From positions 1-40,101 of IMG/VR virus record IMGVR_UViG_3300048598_000591: a DNA stretch of 40,101 bases; one strand, 5' to 3'. Shown here in pieces: positions 27,308-35,600 of this stretch (within the stretch, counting starts at the first letter, position 1; the number at the start of each line of letters is the position of its first letter). The position numbers were made by a program, and so were the translations under genes. Under the pieces are notes generated by a model. It was not told where the DNA came from. It saw only the letters and a list, made by a program, of their open reading frames with translations, and did no database searches. The DNA is from a virus. Its lineage: Duplodnaviria; Caudoviricetes.

Positions 27308-27958
27308 CTACCCCGCGGCCGGGACGAATGCCGCGTCTGCCGTGGCACCCAGCCCCGGGATCCGCGCGAGGGCCGCATGAACGTACTGGTCGGCTTGCTC
27401 CTCGGTTAGTTTGGGTGCCTTCGATACGAGGGCGGCGATCGCCATTTCAAGTTTCTCGCTCGAGGTGAACTTCATCTGGTCGAGCTTGACGGCCGCCGCG
27501 GCCTTCTCGGCCACCATCTGGACGGCTGTTTCCGCCTGTTTGGCGAGCCAGGCGTCATACTCGGCGCCTGCCTGGATGCCCGTCTTCTTCCTGATCGCGA
27601 GGAGGATGAGGCTCACGAGAGCGGCGACGAGAGAGCCAAGGACGGGCAGCACCGTGTTAGTCAGGAAAGCGCCCAGGGCCTCTCCGACGGGAGTTGGGGC
27701 ATCGGCGGCGAGCAGGCATAAAGGAGCAAAGAGGACAAGAAGGAGCGGAAACATGATCCAGCCGTAGTTGACCCGGGGGCGGGAAAACTTTTCCTGCAGG
27801 AAGGAAAGGACCGGGATATGGCGGCCGGCCGAGGGATTCAGACGGCACCATCTTTCCTTCAGGAAGGATCCCCAATAGACGAGGCGGATCACGAACGCGT
27901 AAATGACGAGAGAAAGAGCGATTCCCGCGAGTGTTAAAACCATTGCCTTTGCGAACAT
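27308..27958 (-). CDS. Holin-like protein (LL-H-like C-terminal part)
   Basis: Three hydrophobic segments; AETAVQMVAE..SEKLEMA..YVHAAL; directly after endolysin. Confidence 0.6.
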   Translation of the reverse strand: MFAKAMVLTLAGIALSLVIYAFVIRLVYWGSFLKERWCRLNPSAGRHIPVLSFLQEKFSRPRVNYGWIMFPLLLVLFAPLCLLAADAPTPVGEALGAFLTNTVLPVLGSLVAALVSLILLAIRKKTGIQAGAEYDAWLAKQAETAVQMVAEKAAAAVKLDQMKFTSSEKLEMAIAALVSKAPKLTEEQADQYVHAALARIPGLGATADAAFVPAAG

Positions 27959-27983
27959 ACTGCCTCCTTTTCGGGCCTCGAAA

Positions 27984-28472
27984 TCAGCCCAGTCTGATCA
28001 TGTCGATCAGTTTTTTTGACCTTCTCGAGCCTACCTGTTTCGCCCACAGCGACGTCGCGAAACGGGTCGAGGCGCTTGCCCACTTGCCGGCGGCTATATC
28101 GGCCAGGGCGTTGCGGAAGGAACGCATGCCGCGTTTTGCATTGCCTTCACCCATGTTGAAGACCATGTCGCAAAGCGCTACCCGGCGGGCGTCCGTGAAG
28201 TTGTCGAAATCGGGCCAGATCCTGCGACAGGCCCTCTCCGCCTTCTCGATCGAGATGTCCAGAAGGCGCTCGATCATCTCGTCCGTGATTTCTCCGTGGT
28301 CCTTGAGGTGGGCGGCGATGTCCGGAGGAAGAGGGTTTGCGTCAACGTTCCAGCCGATGCCTATGGTGAGGTAGCGGCCAACGGAATTGTCGCGGTAGGG
28401 CTTGGGTTTCCTCGCTTCTTCCTCTTCGAGCATGGAGCGGAGCTGGGGAAAATCTTTCAACGGCTCAGGCAT
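27984..28472 (-). CDS. Endolysin, T4-lysozyme-like muramidase
   Basis: EE.RKPKPYRD..G.YLTIGIG, AL.DMVFNMG, SLWAKQVG.R; GAGAGG SD before ATG 28472. Confidence 0.9.
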   Translation of the reverse strand: MPEPLKDFPQLRSMLEEEEARKPKPYRDNSVGRYLTIGIGWNVDANPLPPDIAAHLKDHGEITDEMIERLLDISIEKAERACRRIWPDFDNFTDARRVALCDMVFNMGEGNAKRGMRSFRNALADIAAGKWASASTRFATSLWAKQVGSRRSKKLIDMIRLG

Positions 28473-28487
28473 GGGTCCTCTCAATGC

Positions 28488-28757
28488 GGGGTACGGGCCG
28501 CCCATGGCCTATGAGGTGTTCAGTGGCATGGGCGGTCCCGTCCCCTAAAACCGATCTGCGCGGCAACGCCGGGGACACCAACCCGGGTGCTTTACCATCC
28601 CGCGCGCGACTCATATGTGGGTGCTCTATGACCGGGCCTTCTAAACCGTCAGGGCTACGCCGGCGCACCCTCTCTACGGGGTATTCAGAGCAAATCCTCC
28701 CGAGGGCCGAAGCCCGGGGGGAGGCGCCAGGCGCGAGGGACCGGGCTCGCGCCTGGC
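28488..28757 (-). ncRNA. Candidate structured late-leader RNA (series of hairpins)
   Basis: Perfect 12-bp IR 28726-37/28746-57; GGGC-UUCG-GCCC hairpin 28704-15 in a longer stem; long stem 28488-28545; further nested stems between. Confidence 0.5.
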
Positions 28758-28795
28758 TGGGAAGGGAATATGAAGCAGCGGACATCACAATTGCG

Positions 28796-28839
28796 AGTCT
28801 ATCGTGGGGTAAACGTAGAGGGGAACGTGAAGGGCTTCA
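28796..28839 (-). promoter_or_regulatory. Putative Mor/C-activated late promoter
   Basis: Dyad TGAAG-N2-CTTCA (28828-28839) and -10-like TAGACT (28801-28796); dyad centre near -44 as for Mu Mor/C sites; no good -35. Confidence 0.6.
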
Positions 28840-28846
28840 GTACTAT

Positions 28847-29170
28847 CTACTTCTCATGAGGGTCTTCACCGGGGAGAAAAAGAGGGAGATCTTCCGAAGG
28901 AAGATCGTGGGATTCTTTTCCAAGAATAGTATAGACCTGACGCATGGTCAACTTGTACCTGCGGGCGAGGTCTCGGACGGACGTCTTGCGATCGTAGGCG
29001 TTGCGGATCTCGGCGTCGCGGACGAGGCGCTGCAGATGGTCGAGCTTGGGGACGAAGACGATGAGGCCGCCGAACTCCCGGGAGATCCTGAAGGCGTTCT
29101 CGACGCCGACGAGCTCGGCGATGCGCCTGAAATCTCCCGAGAGGTGGGCAAGGGCGGCCTTTTCGTCCAT
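28847..29170 (-). CDS. mor: Mor/C family transcription activator
   Basis: IAELVG.ENA..I..EFGG..VFVPK, RDAEI, LARRYKLT.RQVY.IL; last gene before lysis. Confidence 0.92.
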   Translation of the reverse strand: MDEKAALAHLSGDFRRIAELVGVENAFRISREFGGLIVFVPKLDHLQRLVRDAEIRNAYDRKTSVRDLARRYKLTMRQVYTILGKESHDLPSEDLPLFLPGEDPHEK

Positions 29171-29171
29171 G

Positions 29172-29702
29172 CTATTTGCTCTCTTTTCCTTCAAGCTGCT
29201 TGCTGAATTTTTTCTTTTCCTTTTTAATTTCGCGCATGACATCGGCGATGCCTACTCTCGAGGCAGACACAATATTCTCGTACTTCTTCACGATACCGAA
29301 GAGCTCTCTGTTGATCCTTTCGAGGCTTTCTTTTCTCTCCCCGCATCTCTCAAGTTCGCGGAGGAGATAGCCCGTCTGCCGGTCATATTGATCGATGAGC
29401 CATCTGTCGGCTCTTTCCGCCTTTACATAACCGACTATCTCCTTCATTGCTTCTTTTATTTCTGGATCGGACATGCGTTCGACGGGTGTACCGTTGATAG
29501 AAAGCTGTCCATCTTCAGAAATTGAAACGTTCCACGACGGCACTGCCAGAGCGATGGCAGATGTGATGGTGGCGGTGGTTGACGTTTCGCCGAAGTATAA
29601 GGGTTCGGTCACTGCTACTTCATCAGCGCATGCCATCGCTCCCGGCGCCAATGCCGCGAACAGGAACAATGTGATCAGAATAATGGGGTTTCTTTTCGTC
29701 AT
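29172..29702 (-). CDS. Exported/lipoprotein-like protein with coiled-coil C-terminus
   Basis: MTKRNPIILITLFLFAALAPGAMAC leader. Confidence 0.55.
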   Translation of the reverse strand: MTKRNPIILITLFLFAALAPGAMACADEVAVTEPLYFGETSTTATITSAIALAVPSWNVSISEDGQLSINGTPVERMSDPEIKEAMKEIVGYVKAERADRWLIDQYDRQTGYLLRELERCGERKESLERINRELFGIVKKYENIVSASRVGIADVMREIKKEKKKFSKQLEGKESK

Positions 29703-29887
29703 CTCTCGACCTCCTCAAACACTATCCATTGCCTCGGGCCGGATTCGTCCTTGTCCGCTTTGTACCAAACTCCCCGGACGCGTTCGTCGAATGTTCCTCT
29801 GATAGGGACAGAATCGGGAATGTCCGCAATGAATTCTTTGAGGTGTTTCACTGTGAATACCGTTTTCGATTTCTTACCTCTCGCCAT
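29699..29887 (-). CDS. Hypothetical protein (62 aa)
   Basis: TVK.LKE.IADIPD..PI motif of small phage proteins; overlaps both neighbours. Confidence 0.6.
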   Translation of the reverse strand: MARGKKSKTVFTVKHLKEFIADIPDSVPIRGTFDERVRGVWYKADKDESGPRQWIVFEEVER

Positions 29888-30368
29888 AGTCGCCTCCCTG
29901 TGCGAGTTTGCATTTGCATCCGTGCTGGCTCTTCCACAATCCTTTCAAGCCTTCCATGACCCGGCTCGCTTCCAAACTATATTTGATTCTGTCGATGCCG
30001 TAGTACTTCCTCAGCCAGCGGACGAAGCCGTCGATGGTCTTCCACCTGATGTCCGCGATAAGGCGATTGATCTTCGCGACCTGGGCGGGGGAGGCGAGGA
30101 CGAGGACGTTGTCGGGGAGCTTCTCCCCGCGCTTCCTGGGCGCACACATTGCCCGGCACACGCCTCCCTTCGGTTTGATCTGGAAGCCCAGATGGCGGAA
30201 ATGCTCGATGAGCGCGTGGGCCTCGTCGTAGGTGAGGCCCTTCGCGCTCTCCTTGCCGTTGCAGATCCTCCGGATCGCGGCCCGGTACTGATCCTCCGAC
30301 ATACCGAGCTGTGTCCTCGCGAGGTGGATGAGCGTCTTCTGCTTGTTGTCTGCCGGCTTGTCAGCCAC
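29874..30368 (-). CDS. gemA: GemA / Mu gp16 (DUF1018)-like protein
   Basis: LIHLARTQLGMSEDQYR..S.K.LT..EA..LI..F..LGF, Q..KI..L, A..VMEGLK. Confidence 0.85.
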   Translation of the reverse strand: MADKPADNKQKTLIHLARTQLGMSEDQYRAAIRRICNGKESAKGLTYDEAHALIEHFRHLGFQIKPKGGVCRAMCAPRKRGEKLPDNVLVLASPAQVAKINRLIADIRWKTIDGFVRWLRKYYGIDRIKYSLEASRVMEGLKGLWKSQHGCKCKLAQGGDYGER

Positions 30369-30636
30369 GAAGAGTCTCCAATGCTTTCAAAAGCGGCATG
30401 AGGCCTTCGAGGGGAGAAGGTCCGTAGAAGTCCATCGTAACGACCGTGATCCTTGTACGCTGGTCCTGCTCCCTCGCCTCTGCTTCGGCCTGCCCGAGGG
30501 TATGCCCCAGTTTCATCGCCTGCTTCGCGACGCTGTTTGCGGCATCGGTCAGTGCCTCGACAGGCAGGGTCTGCTTGTCGTGGTGTTCCCGTTCTTCCTG
30601 CCCTTTCTGCCGGGGAGATTTCCGCTCAGGCTTCAC
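30361..30636 (-). CDS. Hypothetical protein
   Basis: GTG overlapping the upstream stop; helical. Confidence 0.5.
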   Translation of the reverse strand: MKPERKSPRQKGQEEREHHDKQTLPVEALTDAANSVAKQAMKLGHTLGQAEAEAREQDQRTRITVVTMDFYGPSPLEGLMPLLKALETLRG

Positions 30637-30950
30637 AGCGTTGCCCCCCCCGAAACTTTTCGGGGCTTCACCGTGTTGTACGAGTGACCGTGCTCTGTCT
30701 TGTAGCACGCATAACACGTGTCTTCCGGTGTGGCCGCTTGCTTCCCGCAACCGTTCTTGCACTTCTTCTTTGGCATATTCCCTTCCTCCGTAGTAAGTTC
30801 GGCAGCCCCAGGGCCGTCGTCTTTATTCCCGTCGGCGAGCAACTCCGCCAGATCGGGCCGATCCTCTTGTAGAGAGACTCCAACGTCTTTACCTCTGACC
30901 TCAAAACCGTAGATGTGGCCGAGGCCGGTCATGAGCTCGACACTCGTCAT
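30633..30950 (-). CDS. Hypothetical protein with Cys cluster (CKNGC..CYAC)
   Basis: Zn-binding-like C-terminal half with its own possible SD/ATG near 30777; start uncertain. Confidence 0.45.
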   Translation of the reverse strand: MTSVELMTGLGHIYGFEVRGKDVGVSLQEDRPDLAELLADGNKDDGPGAAELTTEEGNMPKKKCKNGCGKQAATPEDTCYACYKTEHGHSYNTVKPRKVSGGATL

Positions 30951-30964
30951 GCTTCCGTCCTGTC

Positions 30965-31165
30965 TCATTCTGTCATCCTCCCGGGGGACAGCACCCGCCT
31001 GACCTTGCGCGCGAAATATTTCTCCCAGGCACTCTCGCAGCCCGCGCACCTCACGAGTCCAGGGTCTTCGGTCATGCAGATTGGATCGTCGGTCGATCGA
31101 CAGACCGGCCCTCCAAGAAAAGGGTTGACCCGGTGGACCTCGGGGATCTTTCCGGGAGCTGCCAT
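30965..31165 (-). CDS. Small Cys/His protein
   Basis: TGATG coupling; H..C..VRCAGC. Confidence 0.5.
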   Translation of the reverse strand: MAAPGKIPEVHRVNPFLGGPVCRSTDDPICMTEDPGLVRCAGCESAWEKYFARKVRRVLSPGRMTE

Positions 31166-31377
31166 CAGCGTTTCTCCCCAGGTATGGGGATCGGGCCGGC
31201 CCATTCGCCGGAAAGGGACGAGAGGGAATATTCCATGAAGGTCCCTGTGAGCTTCGCGCGCAGCTCGCCGTTCTTTCCACTACCGTGCTTGGACACTACG
31301 GCGGCGCGCATGCCGTGTTCTCCTATCCGGTAGAGATAAGCGCCTTCCTCGGTCGGCTTCCTGAAGGTCCACTCCAT
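31165..31377 (-). CDS. Hypothetical protein (70 aa)
   Basis: W...KPTEEG.YLYR...WAGPIP.P pattern common in phage early genes. Confidence 0.65.
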   Translation of the reverse strand: MEWTFRKPTEEGAYLYRIGEHGMRAAVVSKHGSGKNGELRAKLTGTFMEYSLSSLSGEWAGPIPIPGEKR

Positions 31378-31379
31378 AG

Positions 31380-31832
31380 CTACACCTGCCGCTTTGCCAA
31401 GCGCAGTATCCGGCTCACGTTGGCATACCTTGTTACCGCCTGGGACACGGTAAGGCCGATTAGGGCCGCCTCGATTCCGCGTTCTCTGATCATCCAGAGT
31501 TCGCTGGTCGCGATGCCCTCGAGGAAGTCTCCTTCGGCTATGATCTCCTCATTGCCGAGCATCCTGAGGTTACCTTTCTTCTCCAGCTTCTCGTAAGCGA
31601 GCTCGGCATAGTGGGCGATCTTGAGCATGTCGCGGAACTGTTCCTCGGCGCCGCGCTGGTTACTTCCGAAGCGCTCGACATATTTCTCGATCTGCCGGAT
31701 GCAGTCCTCGGCCGACCATGACTCGATGTGATCGTCAGGCTGATCCCCGAACTGCGGGACGGTATACTCGTTTATGTGTTCCTGGACGATGTTCGAGAAA
31801 TGCATCCAATTGGCTCCCCGTTTGGTCATCAT
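31380..31832 (-). CDS. Hypothetical protein, DUF3310-like helical N-terminal domain
   Basis: YTVPQFGD.P.D, KY..RFG...D.LKIAHYA. Confidence 0.55.
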   Translation of the reverse strand: MMTKRGANWMHFSNIVQEHINEYTVPQFGDQPDDHIESWSAEDCIRQIEKYVERFGSNQRGAEEQFRDMLKIAHYAELAYEKLEKKGNLRMLGNEEIIAEGDFLEGIATSELWMIRERGIEAALIGLTVSQAVTRYANVSRILRLAKRQV

Positions 31833-32375
31833 TTATTTCCTCCTCGCGTAATATGCGGTGTTCGCGTATTCGACGACGTCGGCCTTTTTCGTTTCGGCGA
31901 GGAGCCTGAACTTCTCTCTCATCACCCTCATCCATTCGCCATGGGACGCCGAAAGAGGCACGAAGTTCGCGCCGGCCGCAGAATGCCTGTATTCCGAAAG
32001 CTCGCCGCTCAGAATTGCCCTCGCAAGATAGAACCAGGGCGGATCGTAGAGGAGACTCAGCTTGTCCGCCCAGCATAGCTTCGAAGGTGGGGCGGGAAAG
32101 CGGCGCGCATAATGACGAGAATGGAGGAGGACGAGACGGAAGTACTCCCCGCCGAAGAGCACACGCGCTATCTCCGCGCCGGTCTCGGGATGTCTTTCAC
32201 CACGCTCGTCGTCCATGTTCGGCGATCCCCAGTAGCCCCAGTCGTGAACTATGATGCAGACGAGTTCCTTCCAGGTCGGGCGGCCGTAGAGCCTCCACCA
32301 CGCGACGAGGACCGTCACCGGATGCCACACGAATTGATGAACGCCGAAGAGCAGCGACTTCGTTCCGGTCGTCAT
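31833..32375 (-). CDS. HD-superfamily phosphohydrolase-like protein
   Basis: H..., IVHDWG, HPE.GA, LLHS, WADK arrangement. Confidence 0.65.
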   Translation of the reverse strand: MTTGTKSLLFGVHQFVWHPVTVLVAWWRLYGRPTWKELVCIIVHDWGYWGSPNMDDERGERHPETGAEIARVLFGGEYFRLVLLHSRHYARRFPAPPSKLCWADKLSLLYDPPWFYLARAILSGELSEYRHSAAGANFVPLSASHGEWMRVMREKFRLLAETKKADVVEYANTAYYARRK

Positions 32376-32572
32376 TGGCTTCTTCCGGTCTCCTTCTTCG
32401 CCTTATCGTTCAAATCCTGCTTCAGAAACACGCTCTGGACCTTGTGCCACCGGCCCTGTTTGCAGTACTCCCAGATGCCGCCCGTCGGCGTCGTGGCCGC
32501 AAGCAGGCGCCGATATTTGTGGCCATTGAGCTCGACCATGAAGGGCCATGGGGTGTCGTTATCTTCGGACAT
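32372..32572 (-). CDS. Hypothetical protein (66 aa)
   Basis: ATG 32572; stop overlaps next start. Confidence 0.5.
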   Translation of the reverse strand: MSEDNDTPWPFMVELNGHKYRRLLAATTPTGGIWEYCKQGRWHKVQSVFLKQDLNDKAKKETGRSQ

Positions 32573-32663
32573 CGGGCCGTCCGCCTTCGTAGATGAAGCG
32601 CCCCATAAAGAGGGCCGCCCCAAAACTTACCGCCAGATAGATCAGGATCAAGATTGCTGTCAT
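32559..32663 (-). CDS. Small hydrophobic peptide (34 aa), not in ORF track
   Basis: GGGAGG SD; MTAILILIYLAVSFGAALFMGRFIYEGGRPDVRR. Confidence 0.6.
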   Translation of the reverse strand: MTAILILIYLAVSFGAALFMGRFIYEGGRPDVRR

Positions 32664-32664
32664 C

Positions 32665-32747
32665 GTTATCCTCCCTGGCCTCGTCAGCGCCGGCATAACC
32701 GGACATATACGGGCAGAAGCGTCCATGGGGCTGCCCGTATTTCGGCC
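32665..32747 (-). ncRNA. Type II hammerhead ribozyme
   Basis: GGCC-GAAA-UACGGGCAG-(14 nt)-CUGCCCGUA-UA^-UGUCCGG-UUAUG-CCGGCG-CUGACGA-GGCC: complete catalytic core, stems I-III, and loop I GUUAU complementary to downstream AUAAC. Confidence 0.88.
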
Positions 32748-32760
32748 TTTTAAGCCGGAG

Positions 32761-33321
32761 TCATGACACGCCTCCTTTCTCCACGACGTTCCATGCGTAA
32801 TCGCTTCCGCACCTCGTCAGCTCGAATTCCCTGTCGCCCAGGACCTTCTTCGCCACCCTGTCGGCGGCGTACTTCTGACAAGCGGTGGCGCTGGCTATCT
32901 TCCCGCGCCACCTCGCTATATAGGTGCCGTTGTAATAACGCACGAATATGGTTGTGTCGGCCCTCTCCGTCGCGGACGGTTCGTTCATCTTTTTCGGAAG
33001 CAATTCCGTCGTCTGCCTCAGGTATTCCTGATACTTCTCGATCAAAGCCTCGACGCGGTCTTCGTTGAACTCCGCCCCGGCCCATGCTTCAAGAACGTGA
33101 ATGACTTCGTGCATTAAGCATTCTGCGATCATGTAAGGCATGTCTTCCCGTGGCACGTCACCCACTTTCACGGCGCACAAGATGGAACCGAGGTTGAGTA
33201 CGACGTGGGCCTCAGCTTTTTCGTCGATACTCCCGTCATTGAGCATGGCAGCAAACCCCGGGATCCAGTCATGCTGGTAGACCTTTATGTCCAGCGTCGG
33301 CTTTTGCTGCGTCTTCTTCAT
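32761..33321 (-). CDS. HExxH-motif protein (186 aa)
   Basis: LMHEVIHVLE zincin-like motif; distinct basic C-terminal domain. Confidence 0.55.
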   Translation of the reverse strand: MKKTQQKPTLDIKVYQHDWIPGFAAMLNDGSIDEKAEAHVVLNLGSILCAVKVGDVPREDMPYMIAECLMHEVIHVLEAWAGAEFNEDRVEALIEKYQEYLRQTTELLPKKMNEPSATERADTTIFVRYYNGTYIARWRGKIASATACQKYAADRVAKKVLGDREFELTRCGSDYAWNVVEKGGVS

Positions 33322-33842
33322 GCTTCTTCCCTCTCTCTTTCCTCGTCCTTGAACAGAGCATCGATCAGCTTGTCCAGCTCGGAATCCGCGTTCTTGATGA
33401 CGGGTTTGTCCTCGTCGTCTCCGACCCTCACCCCGATCTTCTTAAGGTCCGCGGCCGTGAGGGCTTCCAGGGCCTCCTTTGAAGGGGTTTCGGTGGTGAT
33501 GATGAGCACGCTTTCCTGGTCGGGAAAGTGCTTCCGGATGAGGCGCACCACCTGGGCGTCGTCTTCCCAGGTGATCTTCCCTTTCTGCTTGCGAAACCCG
33601 ACCTTGATCCCGTTGAAAATGACCGTTTTCGGCCGTTTAAAGAGGTCCTTGTTCGCCTGGATCATGTCGAGGAGCATGCCGTATTTCACCTTGGCCGCGT
33701 TCAGGGCCACCCTGATCATCGGCAGGTGCTTCTTTTTAAGCTTGTCCTCCTCAGCCTTGAGGGCCATGACCTTCTTTTCGAGGATCGCGCGCCCGGCCGC
33801 GTATACCGCCGTTGCCATTTCGACTTGTTCCATGTTTGCCAT
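33318..33842 (-). CDS. gam: Gam-like host-nuclease inhibitor
   Basis: Coiled N-terminus then LFKRPKT..NGIKVGFRK.KGKI.W, KEALE.L...LKKIGV; Mu-like early position. Confidence 0.75.
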   Translation of the reverse strand: MANMEQVEMATAVYAAGRAILEKKVMALKAEEDKLKKKHLPMIRVALNAAKVKYGMLLDMIQANKDLFKRPKTVIFNGIKVGFRKQKGKITWEDDAQVVRLIRKHFPDQESVLIITTETPSKEALEALTAADLKKIGVRVGDDEDKPVIKNADSELDKLIDALFKDEEREREEA

Positions 33843-33850
33843 GTGTCCCC

Positions 33851-34084
33851 CTATTGCCCGATCGCCGCGGCGAGGTCGACAATGACGTCGACACCGTTCG
33901 GCATGTTGCCCATTCTTGCCTGTTCGTAGGCTTCCAGGGCCTCGGCATTCTGGACAGTGAAAGACGTCACCCAGCCGGCGACCGGGGCGATCCTTTTCGA
34001 TCCGCACGCGGGGCACTCGGCCGTCCTCTTCTGAGGAAAGACCTCGTTGCACTGCGTACACACGTTCATATCCTCGATCTTCAT
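33851..34084 (-). CDS. Zinc-ribbon protein (77 aa)
   Basis: CTQC..CPACGS. Confidence 0.7.
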   Translation of the reverse strand: MKIEDMNVCTQCNEVFPQKRTAECPACGSKRIAPVAGWVTSFTVQNAEALEAYEQARMGNMPNGVDVIVDLAAAIGQ

Positions 34085-34097
34085 CGTTTCCTTCCCC

Positions 34098-34265
34098 TTA
34101 CTGGCACGAGGCCGCGAGCTGCACCGCCTGGGCCCCGTAACCCATGAGTATGCCGATCAGTGCGCCGAACACGAACCCGATGAGGCACCATCCCCCGTAT
34201 ACCGCGGCCTTATTAAGGTCGACCTTTGTTTCCCGCTCCACCCTTACATCGATATTCCCTTCCAT
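34098..34265 (-). CDS. Small membrane protein (55 aa), not in ORF track
   Basis: Strong SD; MEGNIDV...GWCLIGFVFGALIGILMGYG. Confidence 0.6.
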   Translation of the reverse strand: MEGNIDVRVERETKVDLNKAAVYGGWCLIGFVFGALIGILMGYGAQAVQLAASCQ

Positions 34266-34354
34266 GCTCCCCACCTCCCTTCGTTCATCCCGGAGGCTTC
34301 CGGCTGCCGGGATCCCGGAGCCGGTCCCCGGGGTTTGTTCTTTCCAGATGAACG

Positions 34355-35593
34355 TTAGATCTTCTCCACCACCTCGGCCGTGACCTTCTCCTCGCCCATC
34401 TCGTAGGCCATATTCATGGCCCTCGCCGCGTAGTTGTTCACTACCAGGGGGTAGGCGTGGGAGAGCTTCCTCTGATGCCGGTCTTCTTTCGTCATGCGTG
34501 CGGACAGGGCCTTGATCGCGTCGTCGGTGAAGATTTCGTCGACCTTGGAGCCTATGCGGCGAAACTTGAGCGTGAGATAGTCCCGTATGTTGCCGTTGAG
34601 CCCCTTGATCTCGGCAATCTGGATCCGCCGGATCACTTCTCTCATCTCTATGTGGGTACCTTCGTCGAGGAGCCTGAAGAGCTCGATCTGGCCGATGAGG
34701 ATGATGCCGAGGAGCTTCCGGAACCCGTCCTCGAGTTCATAGAAGCGCTTGAGGTATTTGAGGGTCGGAACGCTCAGGTCGTGGGCCTCTTCGATGATGA
34801 GGACCGAGCGGTAACCTTCCTTGGACCTTTCGAGGAGGAGCTGCAGAACCTGACGCGTCTTGTGCTCGAGCTTGTTCTTCGGCTTTTCCTCGGAAAGGTC
34901 CATGATGATCGCGTCGCAGATCGCGGCCGCGTTCATCCTCGTCTTGTCGATGATCTGGGGGAATATGACCCGGACATCCCCGTCCTTCTTCAGCTCCCCC
35001 ACGACTTTCCGCCTCATGACGGACTTGCCCGAGCCGCATTCCCCTATGACTGCGAGGAACCCTCCGTGATGAGCGGCGTCGAGCATTGCCATCTGAATGT
35101 AGCGGTGCTCGTCGGACATGTAGATGTCCCCTTCCTTTTGAATGTCATCGATGAACGGATTGCGAAATACCTTGAAATGTTTGAGAGCCTCCTGTGAAAC
35201 CATCTCCACCTCCTTCGTCATGTCCACCGATTCCGGGTCTCCCGGGATCGCCGCGGCGATTGCCTGCGTTTCGGCCTTCCTCCGTCCCTGCCCGGCCGGC
35301 TGCCTCCTCCTTCCCGGATCGGTTTGCCTCCAGATATCCGGAACGGTCATTTCCCGATCGGCGAGCCACCTGAGCCCGGCAAGATGCGCGGCAATGTATT
35401 CCTCGATCTTCTTCTTGAGATCTTTTCCCACCTTGTCCGGCGCATAGCTTTTATTGAGAACCAGGTTGATCGTCGGTCTGCTTACCTCCCCGACCTCCGC
35501 GAGCGCCCCCTGGGTGATGTCGCAATCGAGAGCGAGGTCTTTGAGGACGATCGGCTTATCGGGCATTTTGTAAGCGCGTGTATTGATGCCCAT
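34355..35593 (-). CDS. Transposition ATPase (MuB-equivalent, ExeA-type AAA) with N-terminal HTH
   Basis: Walker A GECGSGKS, Walker B LIIEEAH, ILIGQ.EL; GGAGGTG SD before ATG 35593; follows transposase. Confidence 0.92.
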   Translation of the reverse strand: MGINTRAYKMPDKPIVLKDLALDCDITQGALAEVGEVSRPTINLVLNKSYAPDKVGKDLKKKIEEYIAAHLAGLRWLADREMTVPDIWRQTDPGRRRQPAGQGRRKAETQAIAAAIPGDPESVDMTKEVEMVSQEALKHFKVFRNPFIDDIQKEGDIYMSDEHRYIQMAMLDAAHHGGFLAVIGECGSGKSVMRRKVVGELKKDGDVRVIFPQIIDKTRMNAAAICDAIIMDLSEEKPKNKLEHKTRQVLQLLLERSKEGYRSVLIIEEAHDLSVPTLKYLKRFYELEDGFRKLLGIILIGQIELFRLLDEGTHIEMREVIRRIQIAEIKGLNGNIRDYLTLKFRRIGSKVDEIFTDDAIKALSARMTKEDRHQRKLSHAYPLVVNNYAARAMNMAYEMGEEKVTAEVVEKI

Positions 35594-35600
35594 CTCTTTT

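Noticed and set aside
28488-28757. tRNA, second hammerhead or intrinsic terminators in the late leader
   Set aside because: No cloverleaf with T-loop consensus, no CUGANGA/GAAA core, no U-tracts after the stems
34355-35593. Type II secretion ExeA that could export the secreted proteins
   Set aside because: Adjacent to the transposase with an N-terminal HTH, so it is the MuB-equivalent ATPase; no other T2SS genes present
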